A stretch of 64,000 nt of DNA from Octopus vulgaris (GCA_951406725.2 OX597814.1:164548001-164612000), one strand, 5' to 3'. Positions 27,082 to 40,021 are shown, counted from the stretch's first letter. The notes: generated by a model not told the origin, from the letters alone. Translations and numbers: made by a program.

Positions 27082-29315
27082 ATCCTAAAATAATTAATTT
27101 ATCAAAAAGAGATCTTGACAATGATGAAATCCAACTTCTGTCAAAAGGACTGAAATTCACACCTACACCAACAGCCAACCACCAAGAATTAAAGGAGGAT
27201 ATCCAAAAATTCTGTCGAAAATTACGACTTGTAGAATTCTTCGCTAACAAAAGTAATGAGATTGATGAATCCCTAGTAAGGAATAAATCAAATTTCACCC
27301 CACCAAAAGGAAGAAATAACTACCTTGACCAATACATTGATATCCTGTCTAAATTTCCCCTTAGACGCAATACCAATGTTAGGCCAAACATTAGCAAATC
27401 AGAGATGTCTGCATGTAAACGTATACAAAACGATCAAACAATAATAATTAAACAAGCAGATAAAGGTGGTGCAATTGTTATTATGGATACCGAATACTAT
27501 AAGGATTTGGTTGAAGACCAACTGAAGGATACAACCTTCTATTGTGAAATACCCGCAAATATAGACCACCACATCATGAAAAAGATCAACAACCTGATTT
27601 CAACACACCACAACTCACTTACGGATAATGAAAAAGACTACATCACCAATTTTGAACCAAAACCCAGCAACTTCTACGGCTTACCAAAAATACACAAATC
27701 AAAAAACATTCAACAGGCAGTAAAAGAACAAGAAAGTGAGTACATAAAATTATTACATCCAAAAGACCTAAAACTTAGACCTATTATAGCTGGTCCAGCA
27801 TGCCCTACACACCGTCTAAGCAATTTTATTGACATTGTTTTGAAACCACTATGTACTTACATACCAAGTTTCATCAGGGATGACATCGACTTCCTGTCCC
27901 ATCTTCCCAAAACAACAGAAACAAATTCAGTTTTACTAAGTTTTGATGTGGTAAGCCTCTACACCAATATTCCACACGATTTAGGAATAAAGGCGATTAA
28001 ATACTGGTTAGAAAAACATAGAGAAGTGATTCCCAGCAGATTCACAGTGCCATTTATATTAGACACAGTCAAACTTATTCTAGAAAATAACACATTCTTC
28101 TTCAATGGAAAGAATTACATCCAAATTAGAGGCACGGCGATGGGAACGAGGTTTGCTCCCGTTTACGCCAACTCTGTAATGGGATACTTAGAAGAACAAC
28201 TCTACCAAGAGGTGGAGGTAAACTATGGCACTGGATTTAGAAAGTATATTGAAAAGGCATGGAAGAGATACCTAGACGACTGTTTCATAATCTGGACAGA
28301 ATCTCTAAATACTCTGGAAGAGTTCAATATCCTCCTGAACAACCTACACCCATCTCTCAAATTTACAAAGGAGATGAGTAGTACCAAATTACCATTCCTG
28401 GATATAATGGTAATTAAAAAAGACACCACCATCACCACAGATATATACTATAAACACACAGACACACATCAATACCTAAATTTTAAGTCGTGCCATCCAC
28501 CACATACAAAACGTAACATCCCATACTGCCTAGCCAGAAGAATTTGTACTATTGTAGAAGATGCAAATATCAGGAACAAACGCCTAATAGAACTAAGAGA
28601 ATTTTTGCTCAAACAAAAATACCCATCTCTACTTATAGAAAATGGCATACAGCGGGCTATAAAAATACCTATACAACAACTTAGGACAACCCAAGGAAGA
28701 GGAAAACAAGAACAAGTCATACCATTCATAGTGACACACAACCCATGTCACCAGAATATCTTCAACATTGCCAAAGCAAACCTACCAATCATTGCCCAAA
28801 GTAATGAATTAAAAGACATAATCAAGGATCGAGCTATGGTGCTTAGTAAAAGACAGCCTAAAAACTTGAAAACATTACTAACAAAGGCAAAATTTGACCT
28901 CAGCAACAAAGACCAAACATTCACGGTATCTAAATGCAATGATAGCCGATGTGGCACATGCCAATTCATACATACCGGTCAATATATAAACACAAAAACC
29001 GGGAAAATATTCACAAACGCGAATATGAACTGCAAAAGCAGAAATTTAATTTACTGCATCAAATGCCCAAATTGTGAAGAAATATATGTAGGTCAGACGG
29101 GAAACGCACTATTAGAACGCTCACGTGTACACCGGCAACAGATTAGAGACCCAGAGGTCCGTCAGATACCTTTGAGTAACCACCTAGCAACATGTGGTCG
29201 GAAAATATATATAATATTTCCATTCTACAAATTACACAGCCCAAGTGAAATCGAGAGGAAAATCAGAGAAAAGAATTTTATTGATAAATTCGAACCCAAG
29301 CTAAATAAGCAATAA
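26988..29315 (+). CDS. PLE reverse transcriptase plus GIY-YIG endonuclease (stop-to-stop 775 codons; first ATG at 27405)
   Basis: [89 protein letters not shown]; no internal stops. Confidence 0.95.
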   Translation, partial: PEKNPFFYVRTTNTGERKNPRGNIPQTTERIDPKIINLSKRDLDNDEIQLLSKGLKFTPTPTANHQELKEDIQKFCRKLRLVEFFANKSNEIDESLVRNKSNFTPPKGRNNYLDQYIDILSKFPLRRNTNVRPNISKSEMSACKRIQNDQTIIIKQADKGGAIVIMDTEYYKDLVEDQLKDTTFYCEIPANIDHHIMKKINNLISTHHNSLTDNEKDYITNFEPKPSNFYGLPKIHKSKNIQQAVKEQESEYIKLLHPKDLKLRPIIAGPACPTHRLSNFIDIVLKPLCTYIPSFIRDDIDFLSHLPKTTETNSVLLSFDVVSLYTNIPHDLGIKAIKYWLEKHREVIPSRFTVPFILDTVKLILENNTFFFNGKNYIQIRGTAMGTRFAPVYANSVMGYLEEQLYQEVEVNYGTGFRKYIEKAWKRYLDDCFIIWTESLNTLEEFNILLNNLHPSLKFTKEMSSTKLPFLDIMVIKKDTTITTDIYYKHTDTHQYLNFKSCHPPHTKRNIPYCLARRICTIVEDANIRNKRLIELREFLLKQKYPSLLIENGIQRAIKIPIQQLRTTQGRGKQEQVIPFIVTHNPCHQNIFNIAKANLPIIAQSNELKDIIKDRAMVLSKRQPKNLKTLLTKAKFDLSNKDQTFTVSKCNDSRCGTCQFIHTGQYINTKTGKIFTNANMNCKSRNLIYCIKCPNCEEIYVGQTGNALLERSRVHRQQIRDPEVRQIPLSNHLATCGRKIYIIFPFYKLHSPSEIERKIREKNFIDKFEPKLNKQ

Positions 29316-29632
29316 TAATAATACTTAGAGGTATTACTTCCACTGCTACGACCATGACCACTAACAACAACAACAATACTAAAGGTGATCAAGACGAAGA
29401 TAGCAGGAAAATTATCTTATTTAGGGTTAAAAGTTCTATTGCCACCACCATCACCACTAGCAACAATAATTAAGGTGCTGACAATGATGATGATGACAAT
29501 TGAAATATAAAAATATAAAAATCTCTGACAAAGGATATTTACAACATTTCTAAAAATAACCCAACAATTGCTGCTTCGGCCAGGGTCAAGATACAGGACT
29601 CTTGACCTGTCCAACAAAGCGTGATGCCTAAA

Positions 29633-29772
29633 CCAATCAGCTCAACCAACCAATCAGCTTAAGTAATTGAGTGATACTACACACTGATTGGTCAGAATAC
29701 AGTTTGCAAAACCTAGCACTCTGGAGCCTACCCAGCTGTATTTATAGCACAGAATCACTCATCTTGCTACAG
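29633..29772 (+). promoter_or_regulatory. Pol II promoter-like block in PLE pLTR
   Basis: CCAAT at 29633 and 29650, ATTGG at 29687, TATTTATA at 29739-29746, CAGT initiator-like motif about 31 nt downstream (29770). Confidence 0.5.
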
Positions 29773-29809
29773 TCAAAAATTGTGAAGCATGACTGTCAAC
29801 ACTACTACA

Positions 29810-29854
29810 TGAACCCGAAGATTGCAGAATTCAATGCATGAAAGTACTAGTTCA
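29810..29854 (+). ncRNA. Minimal type I hammerhead ribozyme of the PLE
   Basis: tgaac-CCGAAGA-tTGCA-gaattcaa-TGCAt-GAAA-GTAC-TA-gttca: stem I tgaac/gttca, palindromic stem III AGTACT, U4C core variant. Confidence 0.8.
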
Positions 29855-30070
29855 ATCAGAATGAATATTTAACATTCTACTATTTCATTTTATTTTATTC
29901 AATTATAATATATTATCTTATAATATATCATTATAAGATTGTAAATAAAACGTGAAAATCAGACAAGGTTGGAATTCTTTTTATTAATATGTATATATAT
30001 ATATATGTATATATATATATGTATATATATATGTATATATGTATATATATATATGTATATATATGTATAT

Positions 30071-30489
30071 AACTTAGAATAACTTAGAAAGGTTTTGGCC
30101 AGTATTGGCTCAGGCCATCTCTAACTTAATAGCACCACCTGGCGAAGTCTTTCAATTCAGGATTTGGGCACCGAGGCCCATTCGAGCAGAGAGTTATTGT
30201 TTGCGGAGACATATCCGGGTGTGGGTGGTTTATCCGGGACTGTTTGAAGGAATTTGTCCAAAGACTTCTTGAATTTTGTGTGATCAGTTTCTATTTTGAC
30301 GTGTTCTGGTGTAAGAGCGGGTCCAATTGAGGTGGTGAAATAATTGTGCCGTATTGTCGTTATGTGATGCAATTTAGATTTTTGTTGTGGACAGATGGTA
30401 CGTGGTCCAATCCTTGGATGTATTTTGAAGGTGATGCCAACATCATTCGGACAGTGCTGATGGAATATTTTCCACATCATACAGATAAT
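30071..30489 (-). mobile_element. CR1-clade LINE 3' fragment, near-identical to 12405-12830
   Basis: ORF 30157..30480 matches the C-terminus of 12495..14048; flanked by TA-rich microsatellite. Confidence 0.9.
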
Positions 30490-30580
30490 GTATATATGTA
30501 TATGTATATGTGTATATATGTATATATATGTATATATATGTATATATATGTGTATGTATATTTATGTGAATATGTATATG

Positions 30581-30622
<42 letters not shown>

Positions 30623-31087
30623 TATATATATGTATATATATATATGTATATATATATGTATATATATATATGTATATATATATATGTATATATGTATGTA
30701 TATATATGTATATATGTATATATATGTATATATGTATATATGTATATATGTATATATATATATGTGTATATATATATATGTATATATATATGTATATATA
30801 TATGTATATATATATATATGTATGTATATATATATGTATATACGTATGTATATATATATGTATATATGTATGTATATATATGTATATATGTATAGATGTA
30901 TATATATATGTATATATATGTATATATGTATATATGTATATATATATGTATATATATATGTATATATGTATATATGTATATATGTATGTATATATATATA
31001 TGTATATATATATGTATATATATATATGTATATATATATATGTATATATATATGTATATATATATATGTATTATATATATATATATG

Positions 31088-31140
<53 letters not shown>
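30490..31140. repeat. (TA)n/(TATG) degenerate microsatellite
   Basis: Direct inspection. Confidence 0.95.
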
Positions 31141-31142
<2 letters not shown>

Positions 31143-31207
31143 AGGTGGTGCTATTAAGTTAGACATGGCCTGGGCCAATAATGGCCGAAACCTATCAAAG
31201 TATCAAA
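31141..31207 (+). mobile_element. CR1 3'-terminal tail only
   Basis: ccaggtggtgctattaagttagacatggcctgggccaat between (TA)n tracts. Confidence 0.75.
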
Positions 31208-32307
31208 GTATATATATATATATGTATATATGTATGTGTGTGTGCGTGTGTGTGTGTGTATGCGTTTTGTGTGTCTATGTGTGTGCATACGCGCTGAAAT
31301 ATATTTGTGTACATGTATGCGTGACTCCACTTGAAACCGTGCAAAATACAGTCACCTCTTTCACTTGATATTTTCTTCAAGTTGTTATAACATTCAAGGT
31401 AAAATGTTAGCATCAAATTCTAATTGTGTCTTTTACGCATGGTAAGACACGAAACTCTTTATTGCTTGCTGAATTTGCTGAAAAAGACGGTGTTTTAAAA
31501 GACCCTAAGGTTACACAAATAGTTTGTAGCTTTCTAATCAATTTACTAAAATTATTCGCCTGTGAACAGCTCTTGATTTAATTTTCCACAAAAAAAAATA
31601 ATAAAAAAAGGAAGAAAGAAAGAAAGAAACCCAGCTTACTGAGACCGCCACCAGCACCAGCATTATCATCATTACCACCACCGCCACCACCACCACCATC
31701 ACCACTACCACCATCACCACTACCACCACCACCATCATCGTCACCACCGTCGTGGGACATCGTCAACAGCAACTGCGTTAATAAAAACTTTATGAAGAAC
31801 AGTTGCGATGCCAAGAATTCAAGTGAGACCGTTTAATCGAGTTAATCGTTGGCTTCCAGTGTCTGACTGATACTTTATTTTATCGACCTTGGAAGTGGAA
31901 TAAAAGATAAACCCAACCATGGTGGAGTTTAGGTGTAACGAAATAACGTAGGATATTTAGAAGGTGCGATACCGATTGTACCAAATACACCATTCTAATA
32001 ATGATTTCAAATTTTGGTATATGGCCAGCAGTTTAGGGTGGGGGGAGAGGGCTAATCGATTAAATCGACCCAAGTGATCAACCGGTACTTATTTTATCGA
32101 TCCCGAAAGGGATGAAAGACAAAGTCGACCTCAGCGGGATTTGAACTCAGAACGTAAAGATGGACGAAATGCCGCTAAGCATTTTTCCTGGCGTGCTAAC
32201 AATCCTTAATTTTTTATTGCCCACAGGGGGTCAAACATAGAGCGGACGACACAATTGGTCTGGAGCCAGGGTGAAAGACACTAATATGAAAAAAATCGAC
32301 TAAAAAT

Positions 32308-32324
32308 CTATTATATAAAATCCG

Positions 32325-32359
<35 letters not shown>

Positions 32360-32890
32360 TTCTAGGATCTCGGGCATCCTCCATCCGATTGCGCTCAAAT
32401 TTGATATGTAGATACCGACAGTATCAGGGCGTGTATAAGTCTCGAAAAAATTACAAAAATCGATTCCAGGTGAGTATGCGATCGATAAAGCCGTGCGTAC
32501 GTGCATTTGTACGCGCAAGTACATCAGCTGTTGCGATCGATACTACACGTACGCGAGAAAAATGCACGTGCAATTTGCGCAAAAAAGCCGGCTGGCTTGA
32601 AATAATGCCACAAAATGGGACGCTCGGATAAGTTGTTTTGAGAAAATTTGGTTTAAATGTTTGACAACTCAGCACCGTCCATTGGAAGGGGGGCGTTTTG
32701 CTCGTTTATAATAAAATCGGAACGAACAATTTGGTTTAAATGTTTGACAACTCAGCACCGTCCATTGGAAGGGGGGCGTTTTGCTCGTTTATAATAAAAT
32801 CGGAACGAACAATTATACAAACAATGAAGTGGGGGACAAGTTCTGCTTTGGCCTCGCAAGCCCCGATCCTCCCCTGCGACCTTTGAAAAA
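32308..32890 (+). mobile_element. Helitron-like non-autonomous element, 5' portion
   Basis: TCTATTATATAAAA start, (GT)n, ccgattgcgctcaaatttg motif; internal 83-bp tandem duplication near 32647-32812; no 3' CTAG found. Confidence 0.5.
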
Positions 32891-33689
32891 ACTTTATATG
32901 AACACTTTTAAGTGGAAACATTCACTGTCTCCTTTCTCGTACCTTCTTTCCATTTTTTCATATATACGTCCAGCTACAGGCACTCCTTCTTCACCCTTAT
33001 TTTCCTTTTCAGGTGGAAGGTGAGAAACCTCACTAACCCAAGGCTGTCACAATTCCTTTCATACGGGTCTTCCACACTACTTCTTTCGTAATAGCTACTA
33101 CAGTGAGAAAAGCCTTACCTTCTTTATCAAAGGAGGAAGGGGGAACAATTTTTTATGATCGACTCGGAAGACAGCTGTACTCTTCCCAGCCGTGACAACA
33201 GATGTTCAAAGTAAACCCACATTGCTGTAATTTTGGGGCATTGTACAATAGCGAGCAGAACGGTTTCCCTGTCCTGCTTGCATCCACCATGCTTTGCGAG
33301 TTTATTGCGAACGGATAACGCACCTCGGGAACATAGTCAGGTCAGAGATCTCTGGAAGTTATCCAAAGACCCTGGCCCCAATATTCTTTGGAACAGGCTG
33401 GCTAACTGATTTTCATCGAAGCCCAGAGTCTCCCCCATTCCACGCCTCTACCAAGCCCCGCCGCTGGCATTGCAAGTGCGAGACAGAAACCGGAGTGATT
33501 CCATCTGCCACTCGCCATAATTTGGTCTGCGTTGGATCCATGGTTCTAGTTCATTAAAGCTACTGAACCTAGGAAGTAGCCATCTGACGAATGGAGACCA
33601 CACCTGTTCACCATCCATGTAGAGCTACAGATGTTTAATTTGCGCATCAACAGCTAAGGCATCCCTAGCCCACTCTTTAGCGGGTGTTT

Positions 33690-34570
33690 TGCAGCAGACA
33701 CAGCGCTTCGCCAGCGGACCTTTACCCTTCCACAAGAAGTGGAAAAGGAGCCGTTCCAACATGTTTTTCCACGAAACGGGACAATGTACGAGGGTTAGAT
33801 GTAGGTAATCACAGAAGCATTAAGCACCTCTGCTACCTCCGCCCTCCCTTTCAAGGATAACCACCACTCAGACCAGGTCTGAGTTAGTGAGTCACCTTGC
33901 TCGCCACTTCACCCCAATTCTTCTCTAGCTGGAGTTGTGGTCCAAACTGGCCATTTCGTCCACGTCCCACGACGCTTTTGGAAGGCATCGACTTGCCTCT
34001 CCAGGTGCCGAGTTGCAAGCCGACTGATTTTTCTCGGTTAATTTTTGCTCCTGCCACCGCCTCGTATTTTTGCTCTTGCCACCACCTCATGAGTCAAAAG
34101 AAACTTATTGAGTTTCCGGTCGCTGTAGCTGAGATAGTGAAAATGTGGACGACTAACTAAGTTTTTATCTAGTTCCTTAATTAGTATCCTGTTTAGATAA
34201 AATCTAGATGACACGTCGGTATTCATCCATGTCCACAATGGAGCGTTTGGGCCGTCTAGTCTATACCTACCTGCTAGCTGAAAACGGTTAAGCATTTTTA
34301 TGAAACACTGATCTCCTCTTCTAACAATGCAACCCACGCGTGCATCGTATATTGCGTTAAAGTCCCCTAACATCACTATAGAATGAGATGAACAAAGAAA
34401 CTTCTCCATGCTTCGAAAAAAATCAGCTTTTTCTGCCACTGCAGGGGCGTAAACCGATACCAATCTGAAAGTCTTACCGCTGCACGTCACACCCACGACG
34501 ACCAGCCTGCCCTCCGGATACATAAAACGTAAATATGGACGAAATGCCCGGTGTGTTAACGACGCTGCCA
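33690..34570 (-). mobile_element. Tx1/L1-clade LINE remnant (APE endonuclease joined to post-RT region, internally deleted)
   Basis: GRLVVV..FRLVSVYAP..VMLGDFN (APE) and EAVAGAKINREKSVGLQLGTW; frameshifted. Confidence 0.8.
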
Positions 34571-34980
34571 ATTTGCCGCTTTATACACCGTTCTAAAAAT
34601 TAGCAACAAAGACGATGACGACAAAGCCGATAATGGTGTTGATAATTTCAAACGTTGGCATAAATTCATATATTTTCAAAAAAAAAAAAAAAGAATATAA
34701 TAACTTGATTACTGGTAATTTTCTTTTTTTATATTAATAAGCAATGTTGATCCAAATAGAATTTGATCTTGGAATAAAATCAATTAGGACAGCCGCAGCA
34801 ACAACAACTGTAATAATATTCTTTCTGACTTTGGGCGTAAGACCAGCAATTTTGAGGCGAGAAGGAAGTCGATTACATCGATCACATCAGTCAAATGGTA
34901 CTTATTTTAACTGCCAATAAAATGAAAGGTAAAGTCGATCACGGCAGCCTTTGTACTCAGAAAGTAAAGAGCGGAAAGAA

Positions 34981-35772
34981 ATATCTATTTCTTTAACGCC
35001 CACAGGGGGCTAAACATAAAGGGGACAAACAAGGACAGACAAAGGAATTAAGTCGATTACATCGACCCCAGTGCGTAACTGGTGCTTATTTAATCGACCC
35101 AAAAGGATGAAAAGCAAAGTCGATCTCGGCGGAATTTGAACTCAGAACGTAACGACAGACGAAATACCTATTTCTTTACTACCCACAAGGGGCTAAACAC
35201 AGAAGGAACAAACAAGGACAGACAAACGGATTAAGTCGATTATATCGACCCCAGTGCGTAACTGGTACTTATTTAATCGACCCAAAAAGGGTGAAAGGCA
35301 AAGTCGACCTCGGCGGAATTTGAACTCAGAACGTAATAACGGCAGATGAAATATCAATTTCTTTACTACCCACAAGGGGCTAAACACAGAAGGAACAAAC
35401 AAGGACAGACAAACGGATTAAGTCGATTATATCGACCCCAGTGCGTAACTGGTACTTATTTAATCGACCCAAAAAGGATGAAAGGCAAAGTCGATCTCGG
35501 CGGAATTTGAACTCAGAACGTAATAACGGCAGACGAAATATCAATTTCTTTACTACCCACAAGGGGCTAAACACAGAAGGAACAAACAAGGACAGACAAA
35601 CGGATTAAGTCGATTATATCGACCCCAGTGCGTAACTGGTACTTATTTAATCGACCCAAAAAGGATGAAAGGCAAAGTCGACCTCGGCGGAATTTGAACT
35701 CAGAACGTAATGGCAGACGAAATACTGCTGAGAATTTCGCCCCGTGTGCTAACAATTCTGCCAGCTCGCCGC
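34981..35772 (-). repeat. SINE family A tandem array, 187-bp period (4 units)
   Basis: Near-identical units (ORF track repeats at 35193, 35380, 35567); only the unit at the 35772 end has the head. Confidence 0.9.
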
Positions 35773-36089
35773 CCTGCTAGCCCGCCGCCGAAAGAAATAT
35801 CGCTAAGCTTTTTGCCTGATACGATAACGACTCTACCAGCACGCCGCCCTAACAACATTTATATTCTTTCTATTATAGGCACCATGCCTGAAATTTTGGT
35901 GGGAGGGGCCAGTTCATTACATCCATCCTAGTATTTGACAGGTACTTTATTTTATTGACCCCGAAAATTTGAAGGGCAAAGTTGACCTCAGCGGCATTTG
36001 AACTCAGAACGTAAAGTTGGAAAAAAATGCCACTAAGCATTTTGTCCGGCATATTAACGATTCTGCTGGTTCGTCACTTTAAGAACAGA

Positions 36090-36126
<37 letters not shown>

Positions 36127-37845
36127 TTTAAGGCGTTGAGCAGGCAGAATCTTTAACATGCCGGTCAAAATGCTTAGCAGCATTTCGTCTGTCTTTACGT
36201 TCTGATTTCAAATTCCGCCGAGATCGACTTTGCCTTTCATCCTTTCGGAGTCGATAAAATATGTACTAGTTAAACATTGGAGTCGATTTAATCGACTTGC
36301 CCCCTTCTTCGAAATTACTGGCGTTGTACCAAAATTTGAAACCAATGATAATATTTTTCGATATTTAGTGCCAAAATTATTTCGCACTTAATAGTTCGTT
36401 AAACATTAAGGCATTGAGCGGGAAAATCATTATCGCACCGGCGAAAAACGCTAAGCAGCGTTTCGTTCGTCTTTACGTTCTGAGTTTAAATTCCACCGAG
36501 GTCGACTTAGCCTTTCATCCTTTCGAGGTCGATAAGATAAGCACCAGTTGATGATGGGATCGATGTAATCGATTTACTCGCTTCCCCGAAACCGCTAGCC
36601 TTGTACCAAAATTTGAAACAAACATTTCAGTGGGGCAAAGGCGGTGAGCTGGCAGAATCGTTAGCGTGCCGGACAAAATACTTAGTCGTTTATTCCGGCT
36701 CTTTACGTTCTGAGTTCAAATTCCACCGACGTCGACTTTGCCTTTCATCCTTTCGAGATCAATGTCGATAAAGTAAAGTACCAATCAAATACTACAGTCG
36801 AGGTAATCGATTTGTTCCTCCCCTCAATATTGCTGACCTTGTGCCAAAATTTAAAAAAAACAAAACTATTTCAGTGGACAGTATCAATGACCCAGGATCG
36901 TTATATTTTATCTGCCCTGGTCAATAGATTTGATAAGGAAGGTTTCAGATTACCCGATCTGCATTGACACATTAACGCAGAAGAGGAATTAATTGCTGGC
37001 AAAGCATTCAATAGTATAGAAAAGTATTCAATAATTTGCTATTGAATGGGAGATGAATATAACTTAGTTGATAGATTTCTAGACAATATATCGGAGGGTT
37101 TGCGATTCGTATCTTGCTACTAGTTGTAACGATTAGTTGTCAATGTTCTTGTCCACCAAGCCGAAGGAATGTGATAAGGAGTACTGGGTAACGACAGCAT
37201 TGTGAAATTTGTTGTATGCAACACTAAAAAAAAAAAAAAAAAAAAAAAAGAAATCCTCATCTCTGTGATCTCTGTGATAACACGTTTAACCTTTCAACTG
37301 CGAAATTATATTTCATAGTTATTCGAGTAATGATGTAAATAACTGCCAAAAAATAGAACTGGTATTTTCTACAAGTTACATTACCTCAATAAACCTGACA
37401 TGTCTCAATAAAAAATAGTTCAGACATGACATTCCACAACGAAAAATAGATTGCTATATAAAATTTGCTTTCTGCAATTTTGAGTGGAGATATCCGATTT
37501 TCGCAGTAGATAGACTAAGCTCACACCTATGTACATATAAAGAGAGGTTGGGATTTCAGCGCAATGGGGTTATTAGAAACTGAATATGAAACTTTGAATT
37601 CAGTTTTTGCAAATAGTGATTAAAGGCGCAGGAGTGGCTATGTGGTAAGTAGCTTGGAGGTGTATTTTCGTTGTCTGTGTTACACAGAGTGTGAAGGTAT
37701 GGGTATGTTTGGTTTGCAACACATAAACACATGGTTCTAAATTTGGTCACATTATACGACCAAAATGTTTTTTTATTGCCCTAAATTCGAGTTAATCAAT
37801 ACCATTTGAATGAATTTTTGGAACAGAGCAAAGGTCTATAAGTCT

Positions 37846-37895
<50 letters not shown>

Positions 37896-37896
<1 letters not shown>

Positions 37897-38205
37897 CTCT
37901 TGTTTCAGCTCAGAGCTGCGGCCATGCTGATGCACTGCCGTTTTGCTACACTGTTATTACTAAGAGCCTCCTCTAATATGTGGCACTTGATGAAGAATGA
38001 AGTTTGATATAGCTACCCTCATTTGCACCTCTTGCCGTGAAGTAGGTTCATCTGCGACTCTCGACAGGAAGAGGTCCAGCTTTGATTTAAAAACCCTTAC
38101 ATCTACTTTGTGCAAGTTCCTCAGACTCTTTGGGAGAATATTAAACAGAGGTGGGCTCTTGAAACCCAGGCTGTTGCAGTAACTGGTCCTGAAGCGTGAT
38201 GCATT
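37896..38205 (-). mobile_element. CR1-clade LINE 3' fragment (different family)
   Basis: NSLGFKSPPLFNILPKSLRNL..FKSKLDLFLSRVADEP ORF2 C-terminus plus a 3' hairpin tail. Confidence 0.8.
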
Positions 38206-39481
38206 TATGTATGTAAGTGTTTCTGCTATACATTGGCAAAAGATATAAATATCGGCTTGAAAAGTGGGGCTTTCAAATGAAAATGCCATGTGTAGTATTT
38301 TGTTCGCAGAGTTAGACAAACCGTTTTTGCCTAGGCCATTAGAAATTAGGGATGAAATAGTAACTCACCGCTTAGAAACCTGCAAACAATGACACACTAA
38401 ATCTCATCCATTGTTGTATGAAGTAAATAAATAGATAAATAAGTAAATAAATTAAAACATTCGACACCATATTCCTAAACCGGTCATATTGTTACCTCAC
38501 CTGCTTTTTATATCTTGTTATCATTTTTCTTTTATCACTTTTCACCAACTGAAAGCGGGAAGACGATGTAGATGAGAGCATCGGTACCAACTTCAAGATT
38601 TCAATTCATATCATCGGTGTTAAGATTTCTGTGCCCGTAACCAACACACCTAACTCTCATTGGCATTATTCATCCGGGTTTCAGTAGATTCTATTAAAAC
38701 TAACGAAAGCACTGTAAGGTAAAACGAGTGCGCCACTAATTTGCAGAGGTGTATTCCAATACTCGAATAAAAGTAATTCGAGGGAAAATGGGTCTAACTA
38801 TATTTACTCTTCCCATTCTTCATGACACTGAAACTAAATTATACCGGACAAATTCGTCTAAATATACAATGTATATTTACCCCAAGATATCGTACGTGAA
38901 CTTAACGATATTAAACGGACAAACAAGGACAGACAAACGGATTAAGTCGATTATATCGGCCCCAGTGCGTAACTGGAACTTAATTTATCGACTCCGAAAG
39001 AATGAAAGGCAAAGTCGGCCTCGGCGGAATTTGAACTCAGAACGTAAAGACAGACGAAATACCACGAGGCATTTCGTGCGGCGTGCTAACGTTTCCGCCA
39101 GCTCGCCGCTTTAGAAGGAGAAATGTATGGATAAATTCAGTTATAATTTTCGATGTAAGGCGATTTTAGACATATAAGCTTCTTTGATGTACGAAAATAA
39201 AACACACCCACTGACAACTGGTCTATCTACTTCAAATTAGAATTTATATAATATTCGAAAAGTAAAAACAAAGCAGACCAGAATTAAAATAATAATAAGA
39301 CAAAAATAAGTGTTTAAACATATTTAATTATCAATATGAGATGGCGGGTAACAGATCCAACCAAAAGGCTTTCGTAGTAAATAACATTGAATGTGTGTGT
39401 AATATACATATAATATAAATACATACATACGTATAAACGGATATAAATTTACACACACTCACACACAGACATGCATATATG

Positions 39482-39586
<105 letters not shown>

Positions 39587-39803
39587 TACATATATAAATT
39601 TACACACATATACACATATGTATGTATAAATGTATATATATACATATGTGTGTATATGTATGTATAAATTTACACACATATACACATATGTATGTTTATA
39701 TATGTATATATGTATACACATATGTGTATAAATATACGCGTACATATACATACATACATACATATATATGTATTCATATATACACATATAAGCATGCACT
39801 TAT

Positions 39804-39872
<69 letters not shown>

Positions 39873-40021
39873 TATTCGTATGTGTGTACTTGTGTGTTCA
39901 AATAAAACATACAAAAGGATAAAATAAGTTTATCCCAGAAACTGTTACGAAAAATATTCAGTTGTTCGTCATTTTAAGATCAGAGGGATCTAAGAATGGT
40001 TAACTTTTATACTTGGACACA

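Larger units (their letters stand above)
26212..29990 (+). mobile_element. Penelope-like retroelement, Neptune-type, 5'-truncated, embedded in (TA/TATG)n
   Basis: RT plus C-terminal GIY-YIG with Cys-rich linker ([10 protein letters not shown]); upstream ORF; 3' pLTR-like region with hammerhead; microsatellite on both flanks. Ends approximate. Confidence 0.93.

Noticed and set aside
29570-29645. Antisense tRNA-like stretch in the PLE 3' region
   Set aside because: B-box too degenerate and no cloverleaf by eye.
30346-31368. 340-aa ORF and the many other YIYI, HTHT and MYVC ORFs
   Set aside because: Translations of stop-free microsatellites.
34981-35772. Regular repeats resembling a CRISPR array
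   Set aside because: Whole 187-bp units repeat with no unique spacers; these are SINE multimers in eukaryotic DNA and no cas genes are present.
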